The translations under genes were made by a program, and so were the position numbers. The notes beneath the pieces were generated by a model. It did not search any database. It was given only the letters and a program-made list of their open reading frames with translations, and was not told where the DNA came from. This document shows, piece by piece, positions 1 through 10,676 of a stretch of DNA of 64,000 nucleotides; the first letter of the stretch is position 1; the number at the start of each line of letters is the position of its first letter. The stretch is taken from positions 1 to 64,000 of the forward strand of contig CAJNYD010000557.1 in NCBI GenBank assembly GCA_905331295.1, written 5' to 3'. This DNA is from Rotaria socialis (taxonomy: Eukaryota).

Positions 1-299
1 TGAAACGTTTTATTATTTTATAGTTTCGCGCTAATTAAAATGACGTCATCAAGTAATAGTAGCCAATAGTCTATTTCTTCGCATCTGATCTAAGATAGTG
101 AATCATTAAAATAATTAATCGTTGAATGAAAAAAATTGTTAGACAACTGGTTGTTACATTTTCAGAGAGATTTCCTAGTGACGAATTTCAAAATGATCGC
201 TTTAAGAATAGTGAATGCGAAATTTTTATTCAAAATTCGTATACGGAAATTAAAAAAAATAAACGTTTGTAATGAATCTTAAAGTGAATCATTTATTTT

Positions 300-387
300 T
301 TAAATCTTATTCTCGCTACTTTCGAAAATTCGGCTCGTGTGCTTCGCACCGCATTTGGTATTCGAGTAAAACTCGAATACCATCTAG
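300..387 (+). mobile_element. Helitron-like terminus (perfect hairpin followed by CTAG|T)
   Basis: TGGTATTCGAGT-AAA-ACTCGAATACCA stem-loop at 356-382, then CTAG at 384-387 and T. The 5' extent is unknown. Confidence 0.4.
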
Positions 388-786
388 TTCATACTAATCT
401 CAAACAACGTTTTTCCCTAAAAAATCCGTATCTTTTTCAAATTAATCTTTAATTCGATTCGACCTATTCATTATGTACTTTACATATATTCTTTCGTGGA
501 ATATTTCCGCTGTTAGATAGCTATGTTTACCTAACTCTTTATTTCTTCAAACCAATACTAGCTAGAATCATTCAACTCTAACTTCTCTTCCAATCTATCT
601 TCACTTAGGTCTCTTGACGAATAGTTAGATATGTGAACAAAGAGAGAGGTAGCGGTCGCAGATAGCGTCACTACCTAACATCCGCAAAAAATATTTCTTA
701 CATTTCGATAGTGAAGAAAAGCGGAAGAAATCTATTATCTTTTTTTGAAAAGCGTAATCCTTCATAGGAAAATAAAATACTGTTCT

Positions 787-1266
787 TTAATTACAATTAG
801 ATTGGGATCTGTTCATACATTTATTAAATTTCGATACCACCTGACGATTGTTGAACATTGCTCTCGTTCTACTTTCGTCAGGTGGATCGATTAACATATT
901 TTGACCAGTAACATCATCATCATGCGTTTGAGTAGCTGAATATGAAATAATAAAAGAATAAATATAGACATAGAAGAGTTGCTTTTTTAGTAAAAAAAAA
1001 GTACACTTACTATCACGACGCATGATGAGTTTCAATATGATTGGTTCTTCGGGAGAGGTTCCATCTGGAACATGGCAACCTGAGCCTAAATACTGTCCAC
1101 GAAAAAAAGCCTGAAATTTATAACGATTTTCTTTAAATATCATTGTCTTTATTTCGTCAATTCTTGTTTTATGTGGTTCGTAGACAAGATACATATGTTC
1201 GTATCCTTCTGGTTGAACACATACTTCTAGCTCCACAGCATGTGCGGTGGTTGTGGTTTGAAACAT
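787..1266 (-). CDS. Small spliced hypothetical protein, possibly with a ubiquitin-like N-terminal region
   Basis: Acceptor tttcag directly before ATG at 1266. Exon 1266-1011, GT-AG intron 1010-936, and the frame is preserved into the next exon (TTQTHDDDV...). The 3' end and fold are uncertain. Confidence 0.35.
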   Translation of the reverse strand: MFQTTTTAHAVELEVCVQPEGYEHMYLVYEPHKTRIDEIKTMIFKENRYKFQAFFRGQYLGSGCHVPDGTSPEEPIILKLIMRRDSKCTFFLLKKQLFYVYIYSFIISYSATQTHDDDVTGQNMLIDPPDESRTRAMFNNRQVVSKFNKCMNRSQSNCN

Positions 1267-1504
1267 CTGAAATAGGTAACAATATAAGGTGTATACAGAG
1301 TGGTAATAACAATCAAATAATTGGCAGGAAAAGTGGCAGTACTTCATGAATAATACTTGTAACGATAAATATGGTCCTTGCTGGCTGATTTATTAAGACA
1401 ATCTGGATAGAGGCGGAGTAGCTTAGCGCCACTCTAGGCAATGATGTTTATTCGCTTCTTCACATATCCAGAGTGTAACAACTTCATACATAACACACGT
1501 ATAT

Positions 1505-1507
<3 letters not shown>

Positions 1508-1543
<36 letters not shown>

Positions 1544-1560
1544 GAGAGAGACAGGAGAGA
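1508..1560 (+). repeat. (GA)n microsatellite
   Basis: Direct reading. Similar tracts occur near 14015-14050 and 15680-15700. Confidence 0.9.
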
Positions 1561-3225
1561 CATATATTAGAATAATGGAAAGAGAATAGAACGAGGAGGA
1601 AGGAGAGTCATCCAAGCGTACCATCAATATCGGCACAATACTTGTTCTCTATTAGTTGTAGGAATTCACAATTCATTTATATGGATCTCTACCACAAGAC
1701 AAGTTATCAATAGATGGCACTATCCGCTGATCATGCGAGTAGCTGTCTAATTTGAGTTCGAATACATATGGAAAAAAGAAAAACTACTAGATAAATCTAG
1801 GAATAGATTTAGTTTTAGTTTACTTTTTCGATATATGCGACATGTTAACATGTATATACCCCATCCTCACACTCACACCCTCAGAATGAAATAAAATTAG
1901 ACCTGTTTTCATCACAAAATTAAAAAAATGAATTGAATATATATTTTATCATGATTTTTTGTATTCATTATATTATTTGCATGTATATACCTATCTGATT
2001 GATGAAAAGTGTTACAATACAAATGAAAATAGCTGTTGTATATTATTGGCTAACTCATACCTAAAGGAAGTCCAATGAAAAAAAAACGATAATCGATAGA
2101 AAAATAAATAAATATTTGTGAGGTCGTGAGCAATCAGGTCTTATAAGTTGTTGATTCACTTAAGAAGATTCAATGGAAATAGTTGTATATACATTACTTG
2201 TTTTTTTAATATTCGATTGATCATTCGTAGTAGCAACAGATCACGTAAACAAGAAGATTATCTCTAAGTCTTGATTATTGAGCTGAATGTCGTGCTTGAA
2301 AAGAAATTTGCAATGTTTTCTTTATTACAACTTTTTGATATCACAAATAAGTTAAAGCTGTACTCTCTGTATTTTTGTTGCTTAAGGAGATATTATTTTT
2401 TAACCAGAATTTTGCCCTGAAGGAACATATACATAAACAAAGAAGTTTAAAATAAAGCTGTGTTGTCCATCGATATGCCTGAAAGTCGCTAGTATATTCT
2501 AAAATTTTCACTTAAAATAGTTGATTATATATTTAGATGTGAAATATTTAAGAAAAGATGGTTATAACACTTGGTTAAAACTCGATTGTGTTTGGAACAT
2601 TTAATTTCTTATGAAGGAAGCGATTGCTACAGTATGAGATTTCTTCTAGTATTATCTAGGGAGTATGAGACCTATAATACATCAGCAAAAATCTTTGATT
2701 TAATTTTTTTCATCAACTTTCTACTCTATCTAGAACCTTGAGTACTATACTTTTAATTCTAGAATAAGAGCTGAATGGTACAAACCATTTTAGGTTTCTT
2801 CAAGTATAAATGAGTTCTATTCACACGAAATATGAAAGTAAAATAACGATAGCCATTGAATATGATCCTTCCTCAGAGGTTTTTTCGGACGTTGCTATTC
2901 TTTGAAAATTCACCTGGTAATATAATGGATCGGCAAGTTTAATTGAGGTTGTCTGAGAGAATTTTAAAGAAAGTGAAAAAGCCACATTCATTCACCTAGT
3001 ATTTAGCGTCAAAGAACTGTCTTACTTTTTGTTTCTTCCTAATCTTACAGGTAATTTTATCTTTCTGCTGAAATTTATACACCAGTACAAATATTCGTTC
3101 CCTTCAATACTGCTTATAACGCATGATAAAAAGCGTTAAAATAATTTTCAAACATAGAAATAAGATTTTGCCTTCTGAAAATATAGTTTTCTATTCCTTT
3201 TTCCAAACAGATTTGAAAACTTTTA

Positions 3226-6200
3226 ATGACTGATTCACAAGCCCTAAATTGGTTTAAAATAGAACTACTTTTAACTCGTTCGTGTCTTACATTGCGGAAA
3301 ATATTCAAAGATCGATGGTTTCTGTTTACTGGTCAACAGTGGCAGAATACTACGACAGATGGACAAGCTTTTATTACGGGTATCGGCCAAAACATTTATA
3401 AAAATTGTGGTAACATTCAAAAAATTATGCTAACAACAGGTGATACAAACCAATGGGATTTAACAACATTAGTTCTCGTTCTTCGTGAAACTAAACCTAT
3501 ACGACCACTTAATAAAATGAAAAAACAAAAAATCGCCAAAGAGAACATTGATTTATTGAGACTAACAAATATTCGAAACAATAATGCTCATCATGCATCG
3601 AAATGTATTTCAGACGCTGAATTCGAAATCATTTGGTCACAGTTGACACCAATATTAATATCTTTCGGTGATGATGCCGATGAAATTGAGGCACTGAAAT
3701 TAAATACAAATGATACAAAGCAGAAGGAGTCAATTAATAATGAGAGCACGGATGAAGCTAAACGTTTGAAAGATCTCGGTAACGAGGCCTTTAAACAAAA
3801 ACGTTTCGATGAGGCTTTAAAATGGTTTTCACAGGCACTTGTTCTCGCTGGTTTGAATGATTTTGATCGGTCGATTCTCTATTCAAATCGAGCTGCTACA
3901 TATCTCGAGAAACCTGAACCGACAGAGTTCAATTCGTCCAATGACTCCAGGTATCTTGCCCTGCAAGATGCTGAACATGCACGTGATCTTCGGCCAACTT
4001 GGCCAAAAGCTCATTGTCGTGTTGGCCAAGCGTATATGGCCCTTGGTGAGTTCGAAAAAGCAGTTCATTCGTATAATAAAGCTCTTGCCCTTGATCCGAC
4101 TAACATTGAAATGCAAAATACTCGTGATTTTGCTCTCGAAAGAAAACATTACTATGGTCGACAAGAGCATCTTGACATACGAAGTATACCAAGAACGACC
4201 CGCGAACAATTAACTGAATTGTCAAAAACAACCGGTCTTACTACTGAGCAACAAGAAAAAGTGATTGACATGATTAGAAAACATGATCCAGGCAAAGATG
4301 CTGTTTTCACTGGTCATCAATATCGGGATGGTGATGATAATGTGAAACAGAACTATGAATTGGCTGCAAAATTTTATTCAAAAGCGGTCGCTCTCGGTAG
4401 TGCTGAGGGCATGTACAACCTTGCTCTGCTTCATCAAAGGGGATTAGGCGTTAAAAAAGATATGCGAATGGCCATTCAACTACTTGAACAAGCGGCTTCT
4501 CAAAGCCCTATAATGTCAGATAAATTTCCTGTTCCTAATGTTGGTGTTGCAGAAGCTGAACATTCTCTTGGACTACATTACGAAACGGGTGTAGGCGTTG
4601 AAATGAATTACCATAAGGCATCTCAATGGTATCAACGTGCTTCCGATCATGGTAGTTCAACAGCAGCCAACAACTTAGGACTTATGTACGAGGAGGGTAG
4701 AGGCGTTTCAAAAGATTTGGTTAAATCAGAGCAGCTTCTGCGTTTATCTGCAGTCCGTGGTGACCCAAATGCCATGATGAATTTAGCTTTATTGCTCTTT
4801 AAAAAAAATGATCTACAGGATGCAGAACGATGGTGTCAACGTGCAAGCGACAACAATAATATGGTTGCTAAAACTCTCTTGAAACAATATCAAGATGCAG
4901 CCGAAAAGGAACGTGAGCACTTCAAGAAATAAAATGTTGACAAATGGGAAAAAGAGAACGGATTGGCTACGAGTACTTTGAGTTATAATGAACGAATCAA
5001 ACGCAAAGTGTTAGCAGACGAGCCGCGTGCTGCGAAAGCATACAGCGTTGTAAATGACTTCGCCAAAGTCATCCAGTCGTTAAAACCCGTACCACAGCCA
5101 ATGGGAGCAAAGAGAAGAGAATTTAGTTACGCTATGCTCAACCAATATTCGCTGAAAGGATCTGTTTTTGCTCAACGGCTGTTAGAAGCACAAACTTATT
5201 TTGTAAGAGCAATGCTAATTTTAGCAAAAGACGACATTGCGGACAATGAAAGAGATGTTCACTTCGTCAAAGAGCTTTCCGCAAGTATTAGAATTGAACA
5301 TATTGTTATTCAACTGCCAGAGGATCTACATAAAGAAGCAAAACTGGCTGTGGATCGTGTACTCATTCGATGTAATTCAAAGCAATATGAACTCGATGAA
5401 AACGCTCGTGTATGTTACGGATATTTGCATATGAATTCATTAGAATCTACAATTGCGTTTTTAACTGTTTGCATCCAAAAGTATCCGAAGTCACATTTCT
5501 TCTTGGAACTTCGTGGGAGTCTATATGACTTTCTTGGCAAATTTGATCAAGGTTTAGCTGATGTTAATGCTACGCTTCAATTGGTTCCAAACGATGTAAT
5601 GTTATTGTATGATCGCGCCGCTATGCTGAGACTCGTTAAGCATGTTGCTCTGAATGAAACTATCGCAGCATATAAAAGATTTTTCGAATACTCACCAATC
5701 GATCACCGCAAGGTACCTGAAGCGTATTATGCAGTTGCATCTTGCTATTTTGTCGATAACGCACCCGAAAATAATTTTCAGTTATCAGAAGAATATTACG
5801 ACAAAGGTATCGAGGCAGGAAAAAAACAATTACCATGTTTCTTACCATATGAATCAAATAACAAATTAATGGTATCAAATTTAATTTCATTGAAATCGAA
5901 ATCGAAAAATATTGATACACTGCCATTAACTGAACCAGTGATTGATACACAAAAACCGCAATCACGTCTCACCGATCCACGACGCACTGATATGATTTAT
6001 TCCCATCGGGAATCTATTGCTCAAAATCGTAAAATTTTATTAGGTAAAAATATTGTTACCCATACAGTTAAACCTCGTCTACATCAAAACTCACCTGCAT
6101 CATTTATTGGACTGAAAGGCATTACTCTACGTGAAATGAATCCGTTGAAAGATCATGTTTATCAAGGTTATGTTTTATCAGTTATTATTTTCGAGCAGTC

Positions 6201-6573
6201 ACCAATAGTTGAACCATCGATATGGTTGTTGATAGAAGATGAGAACGGTGATTTAGAACGACTTTTTATTTATAATACTCCCCCATCAGAAGGCTGGCAA
6301 TTAATTAAACATACCTATACTTACGGTGCACAACTTAGTATTTTAAATCCATATATGCGTATGACAGCTGATCAAAAACCGGCTATTCGAATTGATGATG
6401 TTTCATCAATTATTCTACATGGAGATATTCATAATGTGAAAGACATGTGCCGGTGTTGCGGCCAAGCAAATGCATCACGCGTTTGTGGAAAATGTAAATC
6501 AGCTCACTATTGTTCAAAGGAATGTCAAACACTTGACTGGAAGCAATATGGTCATAAATTGATTTGTAGCTGA
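3226..6573 (+). CDS. DZIP3-type HEPN + TPR + Sel1-like repeats + TPR + OB-like domain + MYND zinc finger (~1115 codons), interrupted by one in-frame TAA at 4930-4932
   Basis: ORFs 3226-4932 and 4963-6573 are in the same frame (AAA TAA AAT GTT GAC AAA TGG...). Motifs: WDLTTLVLVL...IRNNNAH...ISDAEFEIIW (HEPN RxxxxH), KDLGNEAFKQKRFDEA (TPR), AEGMYNLALLHQRGLGVKKD (Sel1), CRCC..CGKCKSAHYCSKECQTLDWKQYGHKLIC (MYND). Probable 5'UTR intron at 3051-3210. Confidence 0.85.
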
Positions 6574-7038
6574 ACTATTTAGAATTTCAATTTGTGAGAA
6601 GTGAACTTTATTTTAAAAAAATTCATATTAATATACATCGAAAATAAATCGAAAGAACGAAAAGTCATAGTAAAATCTAAATTAGACAAGGGACAAAAAT
6701 CATCATGTTGTATTACGAAGTCAAGGTACTCCTATAAGTAATACTCATACTCACCGTAACGTTTTTTTCTCATCAATCTATTTAACTTCGATTCTATTTA
6801 CGCCGAGCGTTAGTTTATCCTTTGGATTGAAGTTAGAACTTTAAATCATTTAAAGTCAATGCTTTGAGATGTTGACCATCAGCACTCAAAATTTCATATC
6901 GCTTGCCAGAGGATGATCGAATACTGTAGCTCAATTCAAATGAAAACAAATGTTCTTTGTCGAATGCTCACGTGTGAGAATACAACTCACAATCATTATC
7001 ATCATCACAGTGATTAACGTTGCAGTCGAGTGATGCAG

Positions 7039-7652
7039 CTAACTTATTACCATAATACATAGATATATGGTTTGTTGATCCGCATCTTGTTGACGTGACG
7101 GTGGAAGAAGTACTGTATCCAAAACATGAATAATGCCGTTGGTAGCAAGAACATCAGCGATGATAATGATAGCATCATTGATTTTGAGATTGTTACCACT
7201 GAGAGTAATCGATGTTGTATTTCCTTCTAACGTAGTAAGATTGAATGGTGGCTTCGTGACAAGAAGTCTAGTTGAAGTATATTCTCGACCACCGATGACA
7301 TGATAAGTAAGAACTGTGATAAATAATAGTCTGTTTTCAGGTTTGAGTAAATTATCAAGTGTACCTGATGGAAGTTTGTTAAAAGCTGCATCGATAGGAG
7401 CAAATACTGTGAATGGGCCAGGTCAGTTAAGTGTTTTGACCAGATTAACAACGGTCAAAGCTTTTACCAGAGTTTTAAAGTTGCCATTGCTAATGGCAGT
7501 TTGTACGATGTTAACAAGTTATGCTGAGGAAATGAAAAGGGGGAAATTAATTAATATAATCATAAGAAAAAACAACTTACCGTTAACAACAAACATTTGA
7601 ACAGATAAAAAAGCAAGAACGACAACTGCTATAATGGTTCGAATGCGTGAAT
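7039..7652 (-). pseudogene. Secreted fasciclin (FAS1, bacterial MPB70/Nex18-like) pseudogene
   Basis: Signal-peptide exon (IRTIIAVVVLAFLSVQMFVVN), intron 7580-7524, then [62 protein letters not shown]...VLTYHV...ADVLATNGIIHVLDTVLLPP. Stops at 7521-7519 (TAA) and 7425-7423 (TGA). No ATG precedes the signal peptide. Confidence 0.85.
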
Positions 7653-9560
7653 ATTAGAAAGAAAAGTGATCTGGTTCTCCATTAAAATCTATGCGGTTTT
7701 TATAGGAGTGGTTTACATAATTTCAATTGGGGTTATAATCACCGTTTTTCATTGCAGTTACATAATCAAGTTTCTTTTTGCATATAGAAAAGAATGTTGA
7801 ATGCCCAAGCAAATGCTATCGAACCATTCTTATGTTAAACATGATTAAAGTACTTTTGGTAAGCCGATGCACAGTTTATCAGTGTTTTATTTTTTAAATC
7901 TATATATATATATATCACTATTTATTTTAGCCTTATTTTTATCCTATGACAGTCTCGTAAAAGAGCGGTTACACAATCAAACGTCAACCTAATATACTTT
8001 GAGAGTTCGACCCTTGTCAGCATAGCTTTGAATATAATCAATAATAAGTCTGCTGTGATAAACGAAACAAGCATTGTCATTTTGACAAGCGAAGTAAGAG
8101 CTATCAATTGATCGTCGCGGAAAGAGGTGAACTGGTGATTTAAATTTTATTATGACTATTAAATCATTTTTATATTTTATTGCAGAGCTGCAGGAATCTG
8201 ATGTTTTGCAGACAGTGATCATTTTTATTTTTCTAAAATATTGGCCATTTTTTTAAAAGCTTATAAAAATCATTGCAAACACGAAGGTTTTCCTTGACTT
8301 CACTTCGTGATCCAATACCTAATCGTTTGTCTCAATATGATCGAACAATTAGTTGTATAATCAAACTTAGATCATATTCATAACTATATTCTATGAGTTC
8401 ATTCGATATTTTCTCAAGCTCAGCATAAATTTCATATGATCAAACATGAAATTGATCAATTCGTTCAGCTAGTCCAAATAATATATTGCCAATATTTTTA
8501 TCTTAAATTAATATTTTTCAGTTGATTTTACCGCTAAATTTCTATTTTAGACTTGCTAATTGAAATAACCCCTGTTTCTGTACTTATGAAGTAGTACATT
8601 ACTAATATCGTCATATTCGCCATGGAGTACAAATGAAATCATATGTTTCTGAATAGTCGTGTTTTTAATTTTTCAATTGAAATTGGTGTATCTTTCGATT
8701 TAAAATGAAACATGTATACTATTCGCAAAAATCGACATGAAAACCATTGATATGTTCAATTTTGTTACACGATTAACTGATAACGACCTTACCGAATGCA
8801 AACAATGATTAGAATTTTTTCTGTAACATATTGATAATTGAATTCTACATTCGATTTATTTATAGAAAATTTATTTTTGATCGAATCAATTAAATGTTTC
8901 ATCGACAACGAGTACTAATCAGGTAAATCCAACCATTGAACAAACAAGAACTACATTTCTCTCTCTCTATATATAGTTGATAATCAATTCTACAAAGGCT
9001 TCCGAAATACTAGCAAGTTAATCGCATTGATAAAGATAATAGCGCACTCACAAAAGATATATAACGAATAAATTGATGAGAAAAATTCAAATTAATCACG
9101 CTTAGTTATTCATTTCCTGTATTTGAAGATTATCTTGTCACAACACAGATAGATAAAAAGAGCAATGTACCGCCACACATCTTGTGATCGATTCACTTTT
9201 TATTTACATAATACAACATGGGAAAAAAAAGAGCAATAGGTGAGAAAACTATCGCTTGCTGTTGTTGCTTTTCAATGGCGAACAGAAAATTGTTTAAATA
9301 TCCACGATACGTGACCACTTTGAAGGGTGTGCTTAAGTTGATTGTTAATCACTGTTCACATTTTCTAAAAAACAAAAAAGATAATTCTTCTATAGAAAAA
9401 AGGAAAAGATCAACAATAAGCCGATTTTCCCTAGACACTCGATTTATTGCTTTAAGCTCTAAATCTTCTATCAGACAGAAATAATTACCTTTTCGGAATA
9501 GACACCGGGGAAAACGTTTTTTTTATAATAAGCAAAAAAATAAACGCATATGACTAGATA

Positions 9561-9881
9561 TTAATTTGATTTAAGACATTCTAATAAATATAATACAATA
9601 TCCATATATCCCAGATAAACAGCTATGTGCAACGGAAGCCAACCATCGCGATTCATCATTAAAATATCACAATGGCCCAAGTTAACAAAAATTTTCAATA
9701 GATCAAGACGATTGTACAGGCAACACAAATGAACTAACGATTGACCGTTATATTCCAAATAATTAAGATTAATATTAATACGAGAAGATTTTAATAGAAG
9801 GATTTTAATATCATAAATGTCTCCATCGTGAAGGATAAAATAAAATAAACGATGAGCGAATTGATGATGATCGAGAATCAT
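9561..9881 (-). CDS. NRARP: Notch-regulated ankyrin repeat protein-like (copy 1, 106 aa)
   Basis: NGQSLVHLCC...LDLLKIFVNLG.CDI...NRDGWLPLHIAVYLGYMDIVLYLL matches the NRARP C-terminal ankyrin signature (NRDGW..LHIA...G..DIVLYL) and size. Start placed at ATG 9881 by comparison with copy 2. Confidence 0.75.
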   Translation of the reverse strand: MILDHHQFAHRLFYFILHDGDIYDIKILLLKSSRININLNYLEYNGQSLVHLCCLYNRLDLLKIFVNLGHCDILMMNRDGWLPLHIAVYLGYMDIVLYLLECLKSN

Positions 9882-10676
9882 ATTCCCTATGAAATGAAAC
9901 GTCAAGCAAGCGAATAGATGCATTATTATAGAGACGCAGGAAAAATAAGGAAAGAAAAAGAAAGGGAAAGGAAACGAATGAGAAATTTTTTCGTTCAATC
10001 AATGTCATCATTCTAATTGTCAGTTAGGTGAGAACGAGAGAAAAAGAGATCAAATAATGTTCGGACACGCAGCATGATTCGTTTGATGAAAACATTTGTA
10101 TATTGAGTTTAAAAACACGAAATGAACACTAATGGAAAAAACCTGCCTAATCCAATAATATTCTAATGATCAGTAAAAAAGAAATACATTCAGCACAGTT
10201 GAGTACTAATACGATCCGAATATATTTTTTGTGTACATTTCATGTTGACCGTGAGATCCGCCTTGTCACCTCCATGTAATTTAACACCTTTCATTTTGTA
10301 CAGTGAGATATGCGTTTCAATTTCTCATTCTCATGCTTTCACTGTTCGCATCATGATGATTGCAATCGTATTTTATTTCTCATAAAACAAATATTTCTTT
10401 CTTGTAACACTACGTAAAAAGAAAAACGCACAATTATCAGTAAATAAATATTTATCCATTTTCAAGGGTGTTGTTTTCTAATAATCATTAGATTTATCAT
10501 TCAATAAAAGAAAAACTCTTAATTGCCTAACACTGATCTTTCTCTCTCCCAAGATGTACTATTCATATATTGATAAAATTTACTTTTGTTTTGATACGAC
10601 AAGTAATTCAATTATATTTGAGTTTATTTAGAATGAAAGAAAAACAAAATAAAAATATCACAAAAAAGCCAAGTTC

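Noticed and set aside
1358..1480. tRNA-like GCGGAGTAGCTTAG or a solo-LTR-like TGT...ACA segment
   Set aside because: No cloverleaf or T-arm, and no convincing TSD.
7423..7425. In-frame TGA in the fasciclin as selenocysteine
   Set aside because: It falls at a position that is normally Gly (GGA to TGA), a TAA also interrupts the frame, and no SECIS was seen.
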